This document shows positions 26,606 to 35,492 of a stretch of DNA of 64,000 bases, piece by piece. Each line of letters starts with the position of its first letter. Positions within the stretch are counted from its first letter, which is position 1. The DNA comes from an uncultured virus (IMG/VR IMGVR_UViG_3300030098_002348). Lineage: Duplodnaviria > Heunggongvirae > Uroviricota > Caudoviricetes. The notes under the pieces are model-generated. The model did not search any database. It was not told the DNA's origin and saw only the letters and a program-made list of their open reading frames with translations. The position numbers were made by a program, and so were the translations under genes. The DNA lies in IMG/VR virus record IMGVR_UViG_3300030098_002348; one strand, given 5' to 3'.

Positions 26606-27316
26606 TTAATCATTTTTTGTATCTTGATCCTTTGGATCTTTGGTACAATTCTCATAATACTGGTCTATTTTCTTCAAGAATGCATGCATGTAGCCTTGAA
26701 ATTCTTTGTCCGCCACTTCAAATTTTTGAAAGAAGCAATCTTTAGAACACATTAAAATAACTCCAGACTGTATTTTGGTGCCGTATACATAGTTGTGGGC
26801 CATGGCGTAAGCTGCTAGCTGTATGAAATAATCATCAATCCACTCACGTTGTTTAGGCTTGTTAGTTTGCTTGAAGTCAATTATACTTTCGCGTCCGTTA
26901 TAAATTCCTACAACATCAGTCTGACCTGCGTACAACCCAGGGTAATGTATGGTGACCTCTGTGCCCCAGACCTCCTCTAGTTCCCCGAGCCCCGATCCAA
27001 TAATCACGTCTGCCATGCGCCCTGCTTCCTGGCCCAAGGCGGTGAGGTCTAGGTGTCGTTGATTTTTAATATACCCTTCAAGGTACGTGTGCATGGACGT
27101 TCCACGCATTGCTGATAAATCTCTGATTCGGTCGGCACGGTGCTGTCCAACCCTTGCCTGCCAGTTCGCTAAACTTTTACGCTTTTCTTCTGACTGTGTC
27201 TGTGATAGAATGGTGGTTACAGATGGTAACTTATCATTACCTATTTCGTAGTGTCTTCGACCCATGACTAAGCTCCTACTGCTCTTTGGGTAAACGAACC
27301 TCTGATTCCACTTCAT
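26606..27316 (-). CDS. PD-(D/E)XK exonuclease (RecB/MGME1-like)
   Basis: LPSVTTIL, RGT.MH..LE, YAGQTD, IIDFKQ and Y..QLAAYA motifs. Confidence 0.85.
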   Translation of the reverse strand: MKWNQRFVYPKSSRSLVMGRRHYEIGNDKLPSVTTILSQTQSEEKRKSLANWQARVGQHRADRIRDLSAMRGTSMHTYLEGYIKNQRHLDLTALGQEAGRMADVIIGSGLGELEEVWGTEVTIHYPGLYAGQTDVVGIYNGRESIIDFKQTNKPKQREWIDDYFIQLAAYAMAHNYVYGTKIQSGVILMCSKDCFFQKFEVADKEFQGYMHAFLKKIDQYYENCTKDPKDQDTKND

Positions 27317-27444
27317 TTTTTATCGCTAGTTATTATCCATCTCAAAGTCGATGTCGCCGGATCAAAGCTATCAAACTTACTACTACATCCTGTTAGCCAT
27401 AATATAACTAACGCATAAATTACAATATATCCTATATCTTTCAT
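27313..27444 (-). CDS. Small lipoprotein (43 aa), not in the ORF track
   Basis: MKDIGYIVIYALVILWLTGCSSKFDSFDPATSTLRWIITSDKK; signal peptide with LTGC lipobox; ATGA overlaps. Confidence 0.6.
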   Translation of the reverse strand: MKDIGYIVIYALVILWLTGCSSKFDSFDPATSTLRWIITSDKK

Positions 27445-27572
27445 TCTAAATCATCCCACCGTGTTTTTTCTTTTTTCTCCCTGTTATTAATTACGTAGTA
27501 GCCAATACCTGCAATAATTCCAATCGCAAATAAACCTACAACGAGCATTCCCATTCCATATTCTACAGTCAT
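27441..27572 (-). CDS. Small single-TM protein (43 aa), not in the ORF track
   Basis: MTVEYGMGMLVVGLFAIGIIAGIGYYVINNREKKEKTRWDDLE; ATGA overlaps. Confidence 0.55.
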   Translation of the reverse strand: MTVEYGMGMLVVGLFAIGIIAGIGYYVINNREKKEKTRWDDLE

Positions 27573-27659
27573 TTTTTCTTTTTCTTCTCCTTTCGTTTCC
27601 TATTTATTATCTGCTCTACCAAACCATCCGTTGTAGGATTGCCTAGTATAGCTTTTATA

Positions 27660-28346
27660 TTATCCTGCTTCAACTTTGGCAGGTGCAATAATTTTTGCTT
27701 TTTCATTTTTTTCCACTTGATTTAATGGCACAGAGCTTGCCACGTTCCCTGATACAGATATCCTGGTCACATCAGAATAAAAAGGTGCAACGTAATGTTT
27801 TAACCACGACGGGAATATAAACATATCCCTGTTCTGAGGTATTATCGATTGATAGGTTATGGCTTGTCTATTACCCTCACCATATACAAAAGATAAACTA
27901 CCTGGACCACCGGATTGACCTTTAAATGTTTTTGCTTCTTCCTTAATTTCGCTAGGAACATCAAGAAATATTACAAAAGATAACTGGTCGGCATGGTCGT
28001 GTGGTGGATTATATTCATGTTTTTTCATGAAGTTTACCCATAGAGACGTTAATACGTAGTGTGGTTTAATTTTATATTTTTCATTTTTCCATTTCTGAAA
28101 TGCTTCATCGTACACACCCAGGATCTGTGCAATCTCCGGCACAAACATACCTTTGTCTTTGTATTCATATTCTTCTTTTAATATTCCTGCGAGCCTATCT
28201 GTGTAGTCTTGTTCCTTGACTCTAGATTTAAAAGCCTCATCTAAAAGTTTTTTATGAAACTCTTCTGATATTTTAATATGTACACAACATGGCCCCCAGG
28301 TAAATACCCCGTATTGAACCGTTGGTGAATTTATTTCGTTTGTCAT
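27660..28346 (-). CDS. 2OG-Fe(II) oxygenase superfamily protein
   Basis: WVN....EYNPPHDH, FIFPSWLKHYV.P and RISVSGN motifs. Confidence 0.85.
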   Translation of the reverse strand: MTNEINSPTVQYGVFTWGPCCVHIKISEEFHKKLLDEAFKSRVKEQDYTDRLAGILKEEYEYKDKGMFVPEIAQILGVYDEAFQKWKNEKYKIKPHYVLTSLWVNFMKKHEYNPPHDHADQLSFVIFLDVPSEIKEEAKTFKGQSGGPGSLSFVYGEGNRQAITYQSIIPQNRDMFIFPSWLKHYVAPFYSDVTRISVSGNVASSVPLNQVEKNEKAKIIAPAKVEAG

Positions 28347-28765
28347 TCTGCGTGCATTGCCTCCTTATATTCATTTAAATTAACCACTCTGCCATTAAAA
28401 ACTTTATTATCTTTTTTAGAATAGTGGTCTATAATTTTTTGTAATTTATCTATTTTAATGTGAGCGTATGGATACAAAGCCATGCATACAAAGTATGCCT
28501 CTCTGTGGCTGCATCTCCAACGCCATTGTTTTTTCCAACCCTGGGCTTTTTTAGTTCTGTATCTCTTTGGTGTTACTGTTCCAACACCCAGGACATCACA
28601 AACATTCTGTAGCGCAGGTTTGTCAGTCATAGATATTTCTAATCTAATCTGCCAAGTTGGATACGCTTTTTTGTTTCTATCTCTTTTTCTCATGTATTGC
28701 TTGTATGATACACACCCTTCACCATCAAAAAGCCCGGCAATATATGCTAATTCTGTATCTTTCAT
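28343..28765 (-). CDS. Free-standing single-motif LAGLIDADG endonuclease
   Basis: LAYIAGLFDGEGC at the N-terminus; 140 aa. Confidence 0.8.
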   Translation of the reverse strand: MKDTELAYIAGLFDGEGCVSYKQYMRKRDRNKKAYPTWQIRLEISMTDKPALQNVCDVLGVGTVTPKRYRTKKAQGWKKQWRWRCSHREAYFVCMALYPYAHIKIDKLQKIIDHYSKKDNKVFNGRVVNLNEYKEAMHAE

Positions 28766-28983
28766 AATACCTTTCCTTTGTTTGTCATAATTTTAATGTT
28801 GTTATTTTCTTCCAATAGTCTGTCGTATTCTTTCTCCCAAATTTTATTTTTATCGATTACTTCTCTCAACTTCTTTTTTAATAATTCGTTTTGATTTGTA
28901 AGATATTCTATTTGAAATTCTAGGTCGTTTGGACCCTTTGGATTTATTTCCTCTTTCATCTTTATTTTATGTTTAATGCTCAT
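28762..28983 (-). CDS. Small coiled-coil protein
   Basis: 73 aa with heptad pattern; ATGA overlap. Confidence 0.6.
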   Translation of the reverse strand: MSIKHKIKMKEEINPKGPNDLEFQIEYLTNQNELLKKKLREVIDKNKIWEKEYDRLLEENNNIKIMTNKGKVL

Positions 28984-29125
28984 ACAATTCTCCTTGTGAA
29001 TCGCATGCTTCGCAGTCTGCCCATATCTCTTCTTTAGCTAAGTGATAAGGTATTCTTACATAACCATTACCTCTACACTCAGGACAAATAATTTTTTTAG
29101 TTTCCTTTTGTTTTAATTCTTCCAT
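28973..29125 (-). CDS. Small zinc-finger protein (DnaJ-type CxxCxGxG), not in the ORF track
   Basis: MEELKQKETKKIICPECRGNGYVRIPYHLAKEEIWADCEACDSQGELYEH. Confidence 0.65.
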   Translation of the reverse strand: MEELKQKETKKIICPECRGNGYVRIPYHLAKEEIWADCEACDSQGELYEH

Positions 29126-29276
29126 TTAACTTACTCGCCTTTTCTTTTACTAAAATGTTTATAGTTTGTGACCTACTAAGTGTAGTGTTGGGTACAATTA
29201 CTTTTCGTATTTGATCTAGTTTATTGTAAGTCTCATGGGATAACGAGACATTTTTATATTTTGTTATATCAGTCAT
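29097..29276 (-). CDS. Small ribbon-helix-helix-like DNA-binding protein (59 aa), not in the ORF track
   Basis: MTDITKYKNVSLSHETYNKLDQIRKVIVPNTTLSRSQTINILVKEK...; AAAGGAG SD; beta-helix-helix pattern. Confidence 0.6.
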   Translation of the reverse strand: MTDITKYKNVSLSHETYNKLDQIRKVIVPNTTLSRSQTINILVKEKASKLNGRIKTKGN

Positions 29277-29340
29277 ATGCTGTTATACTCCTTTCTTGTT
29301 TATATAAATCATATGGGATTTATCTCATACATTACAATGG

Positions 29341-29559
29341 GTGTCAATGAAATATTTGTTAATAATGATAATGTGTTCAAACGTTACGGGTACGTGTATG
29401 CCGGGCTATGAATGGCCAAAACAATTTGATACTATGTATGGGTGTCTTGAAAGCGGATATAAACAAAGTTTGATAAAACACGAAGAGATCGGACCAAAAG
29501 ATGTTAACGAAAACGGTATCTATATAAAATTTATTTGTAGAAAAACGGAAACTATTTAA
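29341..29559 (+). CDS. Small Cys-containing protein with hydrophobic N-terminus
   Basis: 72 aa, divergent from the RHH-like gene. Confidence 0.5.
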   Translation: MSMKYLLIMIMCSNVTGTCMPGYEWPKQFDTMYGCLESGYKQSLIKHEEIGPKDVNENGIYIKFICRKTETI

Positions 29560-29809
29560 CACACTCAGATCCAAACCAAGCATTACCAGATCCATCATTC
29601 AACCACCAACGATTTTTTGCATCATCAAAAGTGGCGATAGCTTCTCTATGGTCCTCTGCGAAAGACATACACTCTGCTAGTGTTATCGATCTTGTTAATT
29701 CGTAAACTTCCCTGATGTAGGTTCCGTCTACTTTTAAAAGATAGATTATTAAGTGAGATACCATTTCTTCCATCACTTGTCTTGTTCCATATTTCTGCGG
29801 CTTCGTCAA
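29552..29809 (-). CDS. Small hypothetical protein
   Basis: ORF track; start uncertain (possibly MVSHL). Confidence 0.45.
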   Translation of the reverse strand: MTKPQKYGTRQVMEEMVSHLIIYLLKVDGTYIREVYELTRSITLAECMSFAEDHREAIATFDDAKNRWWLNDGSGNAWFGSECVK

Positions 29810-30003
29810 TTTTTTTCAACAGCATATTTTCTAGTGCCAAACTGCAGTATCTTTTTTAAACCTGGAGCTGACAGCTCAACGCTTACACCATACGGCTGCC
29901 ATGCTTTTTTCATCAAGTTTAATTCTAATAAAAAACTAGCGTATTGTTTTTGAGTTATGCCTTTTGGTTTTATTGTTATAACTTTTTCTTTCATTTGTTC
30001 CAA
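29806..30003 (-). CDS. Small hypothetical protein
   Basis: 65 aa; likely start MKEKV. Confidence 0.55.
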   Translation of the reverse strand: MEQMKEKVITIKPKGITQKQYASFLLELNLMKKAWQPYGVSVELSAPGLKKILQFGTRKYAVEKN

Positions 30004-30392
30004 AAAGTTGTGTTACCAGTTGTTGTGATACTAGTGCCAGTAGTAGGGGCCACACTTCCAGAATGATAGTGATCTACAAACGTTGGACCTCTATTCTCTA
30101 ACAAATAGATTATCTTATCTTTCAAGGATTCTGATTTTCTAAGAGCGTTCAGTTCATCCATCTTACGTTCGTTGTCTGCTATGTTCTTCACTGTTGCTAT
30201 ATCTTCATTGTGGGCATCGTGCAGGTCATCCATTTCTCTTTTGTGTATTTCTTTTTCATTATGAAGATCTACTTCTGCCTTGTCTAACTGTTTTTGCAAC
30301 TTGTTATAATCTCTAACCCAACACTTATCTCTATGTGCTAAATCTTTGATTTTATTAATCAATTGCTTTTTGTTTAGCTTTATGTACATCAT
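29991..30392 (-). CDS. Coiled-coil hypothetical protein
   Basis: 133 aa with AGAAAGG SD. Confidence 0.6.
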   Translation of the reverse strand: MMYIKLNKKQLINKIKDLAHRDKCWVRDYNKLQKQLDKAEVDLHNEKEIHKREMDDLHDAHNEDIATVKNIADNERKMDELNALRKSESLKDKIIYLLENRGPTFVDHYHSGSVAPTTGTSITTTGNTTFWNK

Positions 30393-30412
30393 GTTTTACC
30401 TTTCTTTGTTAA

Positions 30413-30434
30413 TTAAGGGCCCGAAGGCCCTTAA
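30413..30434 (-). terminator. Stem-loop with C(UUCG)G tetraloop
   Basis: Minus strand TTAAGGGCC-TTCG-GGCCCTTAA right after the stop of 30439..31227. Confidence 0.65.
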
Positions 30435-30438
30435 ATGT

Positions 30439-31227
30439 TTATTTATTTGTTTTAAAATCTCTAAACACAATAGGTCTAAATTTCTTTAAACCTTGATTAT
30501 GTTTATTATAGACTTTACTCACTATGTCGACCCACTCTTGACTATTAGTGGCACCTTTAAATTTAGCAGATAATTTCTCTACCTTTTTTACAAAGTGCTC
30601 TCTATTAAAGCCATCGTGGCTCATCGCATGCAATAAAGAGTAATAGAAGAAAGTGTTTTTACATTTACTAGAATCTATTTCTGTTAGAATCTTGTTTATG
30701 TATTCTATTGTTTCTTCAGACTCTTTTCTGTCTACGACTGAAAATAAACCATGTTCGAAGTCAGTCTCTTGAGACCGTTCTCTTCTAAATGAGTTATTAA
30801 GAATAGTAATGGCCACGGAAAATTTATTATTCAAAGAATGTTTTTCCATGAAAGAATTACAATAAATGTAATCTTCATTACCTTTCTCAACCCATTTTTT
30901 TAAATGGTTTTTCATAACCCAATTAGAATTATCAGTATTTGCTATACTAATATCATCAGCCTTGAGTTTTTCCGTCACAATGAAACGAATTGGTTTATTC
31001 AATTCACTTCTTGCAGCGAATCGGTGTTGCCCATCAAAGATAGGGTACTTACCTTTTTTGTTTTTAGATAAAACAAGTATTGGGATTTCTTTTAAATCCC
31101 TTCTCTTAATTTTATCTTTTAAACGATTAACATGTGAACGATTAATATCACGATTGCCCTTAACAAAGTCAAATAGACCATAGTTTCGGGTTTCTTGTAT
31201 TACGCCCACGCTTTGTATTGCGTTCAT
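30439..31227 (-). CDS. ParB/Srx-like N-terminal domain protein (DGQHR motif)
   Basis: GNR.IN..HV..L, PILV......IFDGQHR..A..EL..PI. Confidence 0.75.
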   Translation of the reverse strand: MNAIQSVGVIQETRNYGLFDFVKGNRDINRSHVNRLKDKIKRRDLKEIPILVLSKNKKGKYPIFDGQHRFAARSELNKPIRFIVTEKLKADDISIANTDNSNWVMKNHLKKWVEKGNEDYIYCNSFMEKHSLNNKFSVAITILNNSFRRERSQETDFEHGLFSVVDRKESEETIEYINKILTEIDSSKCKNTFFYYSLLHAMSHDGFNREHFVKKVEKLSAKFKGATNSQEWVDIVSKVYNKHNQGLKKFRPIVFRDFKTNK

Positions 31228-31252
31228 GTTTTCTCCTTTATGTTACTCTTTC

Positions 31253-31281
31253 TATATAGGATAATGCGAGATATTTGTCAA
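31253..31281 (-). promoter_or_regulatory. Sigma70 promoter TTGACA-N17-TATATA
   Basis: Upstream of the ParB-like gene. Confidence 0.7.
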
Positions 31282-31284
31282 GGC

Positions 31285-31416
31285 TTATCTGCCCTGACCA
31301 CGGTATTTTTTATAATTACGTTTTTCTGATTTATTCATACGTTTTTTATGTCTACCTATCTTAGGTTTTGACCGTTCTATGTACGTATTTACACCAAATT
31401 TACTCTTCTTCGCCAT
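31285..31416 (-). CDS. Tiny basic protein ending KKYRGQGR (43 aa), not in the ORF track
   Basis: MAKKSKFGVNTYIERSKPKIGRHKKRMNKSEKRNYKKYRGQGR. Confidence 0.65.
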   Translation of the reverse strand: MAKKSKFGVNTYIERSKPKIGRHKKRMNKSEKRNYKKYRGQGR

Positions 31417-31633
31417 AATTTCCGAAATAATTATCAACCTCAGATTGTAAAGTATTTTTTGTTAAGTGAGGTATATAACTTATTTTGCCATTAATATGTT
31501 GTTCTAAATCTGAACCACAGGTCATACATCTAAAAACTTGTCTGGTTATACCTACCAACATTGTGTGTTCTCCACATGTTGGACAGTTGCCATTAACTAT
31601 CTCTGTTTGAAATTTGAAAAACTTTCCTGTCAT
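31400..31633 (-). CDS. Small zinc-ribbon protein
   Basis: CPTC...CMTC. Confidence 0.65.
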   Translation of the reverse strand: MTGKFFKFQTEIVNGNCPTCGEHTMLVGITRQVFRCMTCGSDLEQHINGKISYIPHLTKNTLQSEVDNYFGNYGEEE

Positions 31634-31714
31634 ATATTCTTTTATTCTTTATCACTTTATTTTTAAAATGTCTTAGTTGTTTTGCAACTGGGTTTCTTTT
31701 TTTGTTGGGCTTTT

Positions 31715-31924
31715 TCATTTAAGGTGAAGTTTTTTGATACTTTTTTCACCCATGTAGATTTCTGTTTCTGCTTCACTACGTATGCATTTGTAAGATATGT
31801 TTGGATTAAATTCACGTTCTGCTACACGACGTGCACGTAAACATTCTGCCATTGATTGTTGTATTCTGTGTTCCTTGATCTCTCCGTCCCAGAACATCAG
31901 CAGGGCCACTACAGTCTCGATCAT
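31715..31924 (-). CDS. Small hypothetical protein
   Basis: 69 aa; ATGA overlaps. Confidence 0.55.
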   Translation of the reverse strand: MIETVVALLMFWDGEIKEHRIQQSMAECLRARRVAEREFNPNISYKCIRSEAETEIYMGEKSIKKLHLK

Positions 31925-32118
31925 CCTAAAACCTTACCTTTGTTTGGTCCTTCTTTAATTTTATATTTACTAGAACCATTTGCATTTATATTTACTTCTT
32001 TTTTTAAATGTTTTACAAACTGCATCTGCTTTGCTTTCTTCTGCATGTCGTTAATGTATTTTATTACTTGTTTAGTTATTCGATCCGTTGCCATTGTATT
32101 TATACTCTCTGTTTGCAT
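31921..32118 (-). CDS. Small basic hypothetical protein
   Basis: ORF track; likely start MATDR. Confidence 0.5.
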   Translation of the reverse strand: MQTESINTMATDRITKQVIKYINDMQKKAKQMQFVKHLKKEVNINANGSSKYKIKEGPNKGKVLG

Positions 32119-32512
32119 CTTTTAATTTTTCAATATCAGACAAAACTTTATCCATTTGTTTACGTAAAAATTCAATGTTAACTTTGTTTAGGGCCATGTC
32201 TTCTATGTGTTTATTAATACGGTCGGTCGACTTATAAAGATCCTCGATCATCATGAATTGCTCAGAATCGGCGGGCAATGAACCTAGTTGTCCACGTGGC
32301 CATTTAATTCTAAACTCTGTGTTCTCTTCTAAATCTTTTTCCATTAGTTGTAGTCTAGTGTCCGCAACATTTAACCTCTCTACAATCTGAAAGTAGCCCA
32401 TAGTGCCGAGTGCTACGATTATAATCAAAGACGCAACCGTCTTCATCGGCATTTGCACTGCCGCTTCTTCAGAAATGTTTAGTGGTTTTTTAGTAGCCAC
32501 TTGGACCTCCAA
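32072..32512 (-). CDS. Membrane-anchored coiled-coil protein
   Basis: N-terminal TM segment followed by a coiled coil. Confidence 0.55.
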   Translation of the reverse strand: MEVQVATKKPLNISEEAAVQMPMKTVASLIIIVALGTMGYFQIVERLNVADTRLQLMEKDLEENTEFRIKWPRGQLGSLPADSEQFMMIEDLYKSTDRINKHIEDMALNKVNIEFLRKQMDKVLSDIEKLKDANREYKYNGNGSNN

Positions 32513-32679
32513 ACAAAGCTAGCAATGTAATAAGAATAATTAATATTCCTGTAAAATAATAATTCATCCTGGCTACCTCTGGTGACATATTTATTTTAAA
32601 AACCTGCTTTTTATTTTATTCCAGATGTTTTTTATTTTATAAACCCATCGGTCCCAAATTTTTTGAGTATTACTTCTTT

Positions 32680-33324
32680 TCATTTTTTCTCCTCAATTTC
32701 GTAAAAGAAATCGTCAGTGTCTGCCGTTTTCCATTTACCAGTATCTTCTACATTCCACTCAGTTGTTTGCACTTTCCATTTTGGTATTTCGTCCTTAACT
32801 GTAAATGAAGGAAGATCCCAAATTATTCTATTGTTTGGTTGTGCTGCAAAATTGCCATCATCTAGGGCAATAATGTGAGCGCACTTGTGTTCGTGCGGTA
32901 TCTCTGAATGTTCAGTATCTAGTATATTACTCTCTGGGTGGGCAAAATCAATAGTAAATAGATATTTTCCTGGGTGCCACTTACGGTCTTTACCTATATA
33001 TTTACCAGATGTTCCTTGAATTATATCCCAAGAAGTAACAGCAGGATAATAACTAAAACAATTCCAAAGCTGAAGCTCATCAAGTCTACGTTTAGGTACG
33101 TTCTCAATCTTAAATCCGCGTTGAATAAAAGCTGTGATAGGTAGTCTGTAAAAGATTGCACCATTTTCCATAATGGCGTGGAAGAGTAAAGCACTTCCCG
33201 CAATCGACGTAACACCGAATACAATACAGTCTTCAACTTCTCCATGATGTTTTTTACAATCGAATAAATATTCTCTTCTTATTTGTGCGTAAGTCGCTGG
33301 TATGTTTGCATTTAAATAAGCCAT
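32680..33324 (-). CDS. Conserved marine phage hypothetical protein
   Basis: 214 aa MAYLNANIP...LQLW.CFSY...EHKCAH..ALD.GNFAAQPNNR. Confidence 0.7.
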   Translation of the reverse strand: MAYLNANIPATYAQIRREYLFDCKKHHGEVEDCIVFGVTSIAGSALLFHAIMENGAIFYRLPITAFIQRGFKIENVPKRRLDELQLWNCFSYYPAVTSWDIIQGTSGKYIGKDRKWHPGKYLFTIDFAHPESNILDTEHSEIPHEHKCAHIIALDDGNFAAQPNNRIIWDLPSFTVKDEIPKWKVQTTEWNVEDTGKWKTADTDDFFYEIEEKK

Positions 33325-33427
33325 AGGTCATTACAATAGTATTGCCCCAATAATAAGACCAGCTATAAAACACACTATTTCTCTTCTGTAGTATAGTTGC
33401 CATACCAAAAATTTATCATAATATTTT

Positions 33428-35299
33428 TTAACCATTTATTTCTCCCCAGTTATTTCCAAACTCATAATCTACTTTATTTGGAACCTCTAGTGTAACAGCC
33501 TGCTCCATAATCTCAATAATTTTTTTAGCCTGTGCGTCATCTTCTATGGATAGATCTAACTCGTCGTGTATTTGTATATGTGGTACAATACCCTCTTTAT
33601 ATAATTCTAACATTGCTTTTTTAGTCATGTCCGCAGCGCTTCCTTGAATTAACTTGTTTAGTGCTTTGTATGTGTAGGCTCTCCTGATCCCCGGTCCATG
33701 TTCCCTGAGTGCTTCCTCATGAGGTAATGCCTTATGCATCCCGAACTGGTTCGGTTCCCAAAGATGAAACCTACACAACCTACCTAGCAACGTTCTTATT
33801 TGCCCCCGATCCTGTGCTCTATTCGACGCTTTTTCCATAAGCTGTTTAACAAATGGTACACGTGAATGATAAGTATTAAATAAATCTGCAGCCTTATCTT
33901 TTGTTACACCTAGCTCAGCCTGAAGTTTAGCCTTACCCATACCATAAAATAATCCAAGGTTAATTGTTTTAGCCTGGGACCTGGGTATCTGAGCCATGTC
34001 TGCTACAGTCTGGTGAAAGTCTGCGCTTGAGTCATTGCTATAAGACTCAACAACATCATATACTGATGGTAATTTATACAGAGATGCATAGTGAACAACT
34101 AATCTAGGTTCTTGTTGTGAATAGTCAAACACACCCCACTTACAGTCTTTTTCTGGAATAAACAACGATCTAATTTTAGGACCAAGATCTTTGTTACGTG
34201 CAGGTATCTGTTGTAGATTTGGATTTTGATAACTAAATCTACCAGTGACTGTGCCACCACCTGCGTTTCTTAGTTGGTTTATCTCTGCATGTATCCTACC
34301 TTCATGTTCATATCGTATGATAGAATCTATAAAAGTTGTATGTGCTTTATTTATTTCTCTTGCCTGCGCTATCATTTTAACAACGGGATGATTATGTTCT
34401 TGTAAAAAATTTTTAGTAAAACTTGGCGCTGCTGTTTTTTCTGTGCGTGGATATTCTAATCTTAATATGTCAAATACATTTGCAATAGATCTTGCTGCCC
34501 AGATCTGTGTATCAATATTAGTTTCACCTTTTATTTTATGTAGTAACTCTTTTTCTTGTGAGATTAATTCTTTTTTCATTGCATGTGCTTTTTCTATATC
34601 TACACGTACACCTTTGAATCTCATGTCAACCAGGCAGTGAAATAGGTCAGACTCTAGATCAAATATATCCTCCAGGTCTTGGCTCATAATTTCTTTTTTC
34701 ATTTCTTGCCAAAGCCCTAGTGTAACTTCAGCATCACGTTCTGCATATGCACCAACGTGCATTGCAGGTAGTTTGTACATTTCTGATTTTGGATCTATGC
34801 CCCATTCTTCTGCAGCCTCTGCAAGTGCAGCTTCGTTTTTACCATAACCAAGATAGTGCCATGATAAACTATTGAGATCATATCTAAATCTGTTCTCATC
34901 AGTCAACGCTGCAGCTATCATCGTGCATGCAATGTCGCCGTTAATTTTAAACCCCATTGCTCGCAACCAACAAACGTCATAGATCGCATTGTGAAAAATT
35001 TTTGTTGATGATGTTTCGAGTATATCTTTTAACCAAGATAGAACTCTGGTCCTATCCATGTTACCACCACCTTCATGTGCTATTGGAAAATATCCTTTAA
35101 AATGTTTTGTTGCAACAGCAATACCTATGACTTCACCATTACCAATAACAGAACCAGACCCCTTTTTTAATAAGTCAGGATCTTTTGTTTCTAGGTCAAT
35201 TGCTATTTCATCTACATGACGTAAGTCAGGAAACTCTGTGGGTTTTACCCACTCCGTTTGCGCTTCAAACTTAGGAATTTTCACTATAATCCCTCTCAA
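33428..35299 (-). CDS. polA: DNA polymerase family A (3'-5' exonuclease plus polymerase)
   Basis: IAIDLET, FHNAIYD, TGRFS..NPNLQQIP, DYSQQEPR, AKTINLGLFYGMG, QIHDEL. Confidence 0.95.
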   Translation of the reverse strand: MRGIIVKIPKFEAQTEWVKPTEFPDLRHVDEIAIDLETKDPDLLKKGSGSVIGNGEVIGIAVATKHFKGYFPIAHEGGGNMDRTRVLSWLKDILETSSTKIFHNAIYDVCWLRAMGFKINGDIACTMIAAALTDENRFRYDLNSLSWHYLGYGKNEAALAEAAEEWGIDPKSEMYKLPAMHVGAYAERDAEVTLGLWQEMKKEIMSQDLEDIFDLESDLFHCLVDMRFKGVRVDIEKAHAMKKELISQEKELLHKIKGETNIDTQIWAARSIANVFDILRLEYPRTEKTAAPSFTKNFLQEHNHPVVKMIAQAREINKAHTTFIDSIIRYEHEGRIHAEINQLRNAGGGTVTGRFSYQNPNLQQIPARNKDLGPKIRSLFIPEKDCKWGVFDYSQQEPRLVVHYASLYKLPSVYDVVESYSNDSSADFHQTVADMAQIPRSQAKTINLGLFYGMGKAKLQAELGVTKDKAADLFNTYHSRVPFVKQLMEKASNRAQDRGQIRTLLGRLCRFHLWEPNQFGMHKALPHEEALREHGPGIRRAYTYKALNKLIQGSAADMTKKAMLELYKEGIVPHIQIHDELDLSIEDDAQAKKIIEIMEQAVTLEVPNKVDYEFGNNWGEING

Positions 35300-35492
35300 T
35301 AATCATCTCTAAGAAATGTATGGCCTTCAATATATCTTCCTTTCCGTTCTTATCTTGATGACGGATTATGTATTTTATAGCACAACCTTCAGGATATAGC
35401 AATTTATTCTCTACTACAAACTTGCTTGGCTGTATTTTATATTTTTTATAATGAGATCCTCCGTGTTGTTTATCCCAAACTTTCGATGTCAT
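35271..35492 (-). CDS. DUF3310-like protein
   Basis: Q.GGSHY....IQP..F...N....EG..IKY..R...KNG.ED..KA.H.LE. Confidence 0.8.
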   Translation of the reverse strand: MTSKVWDKQHGGSHYKKYKIQPSKFVVENKLLYPEGCAIKYIIRHQDKNGKEDILKAIHFLEMIIERDYSENS

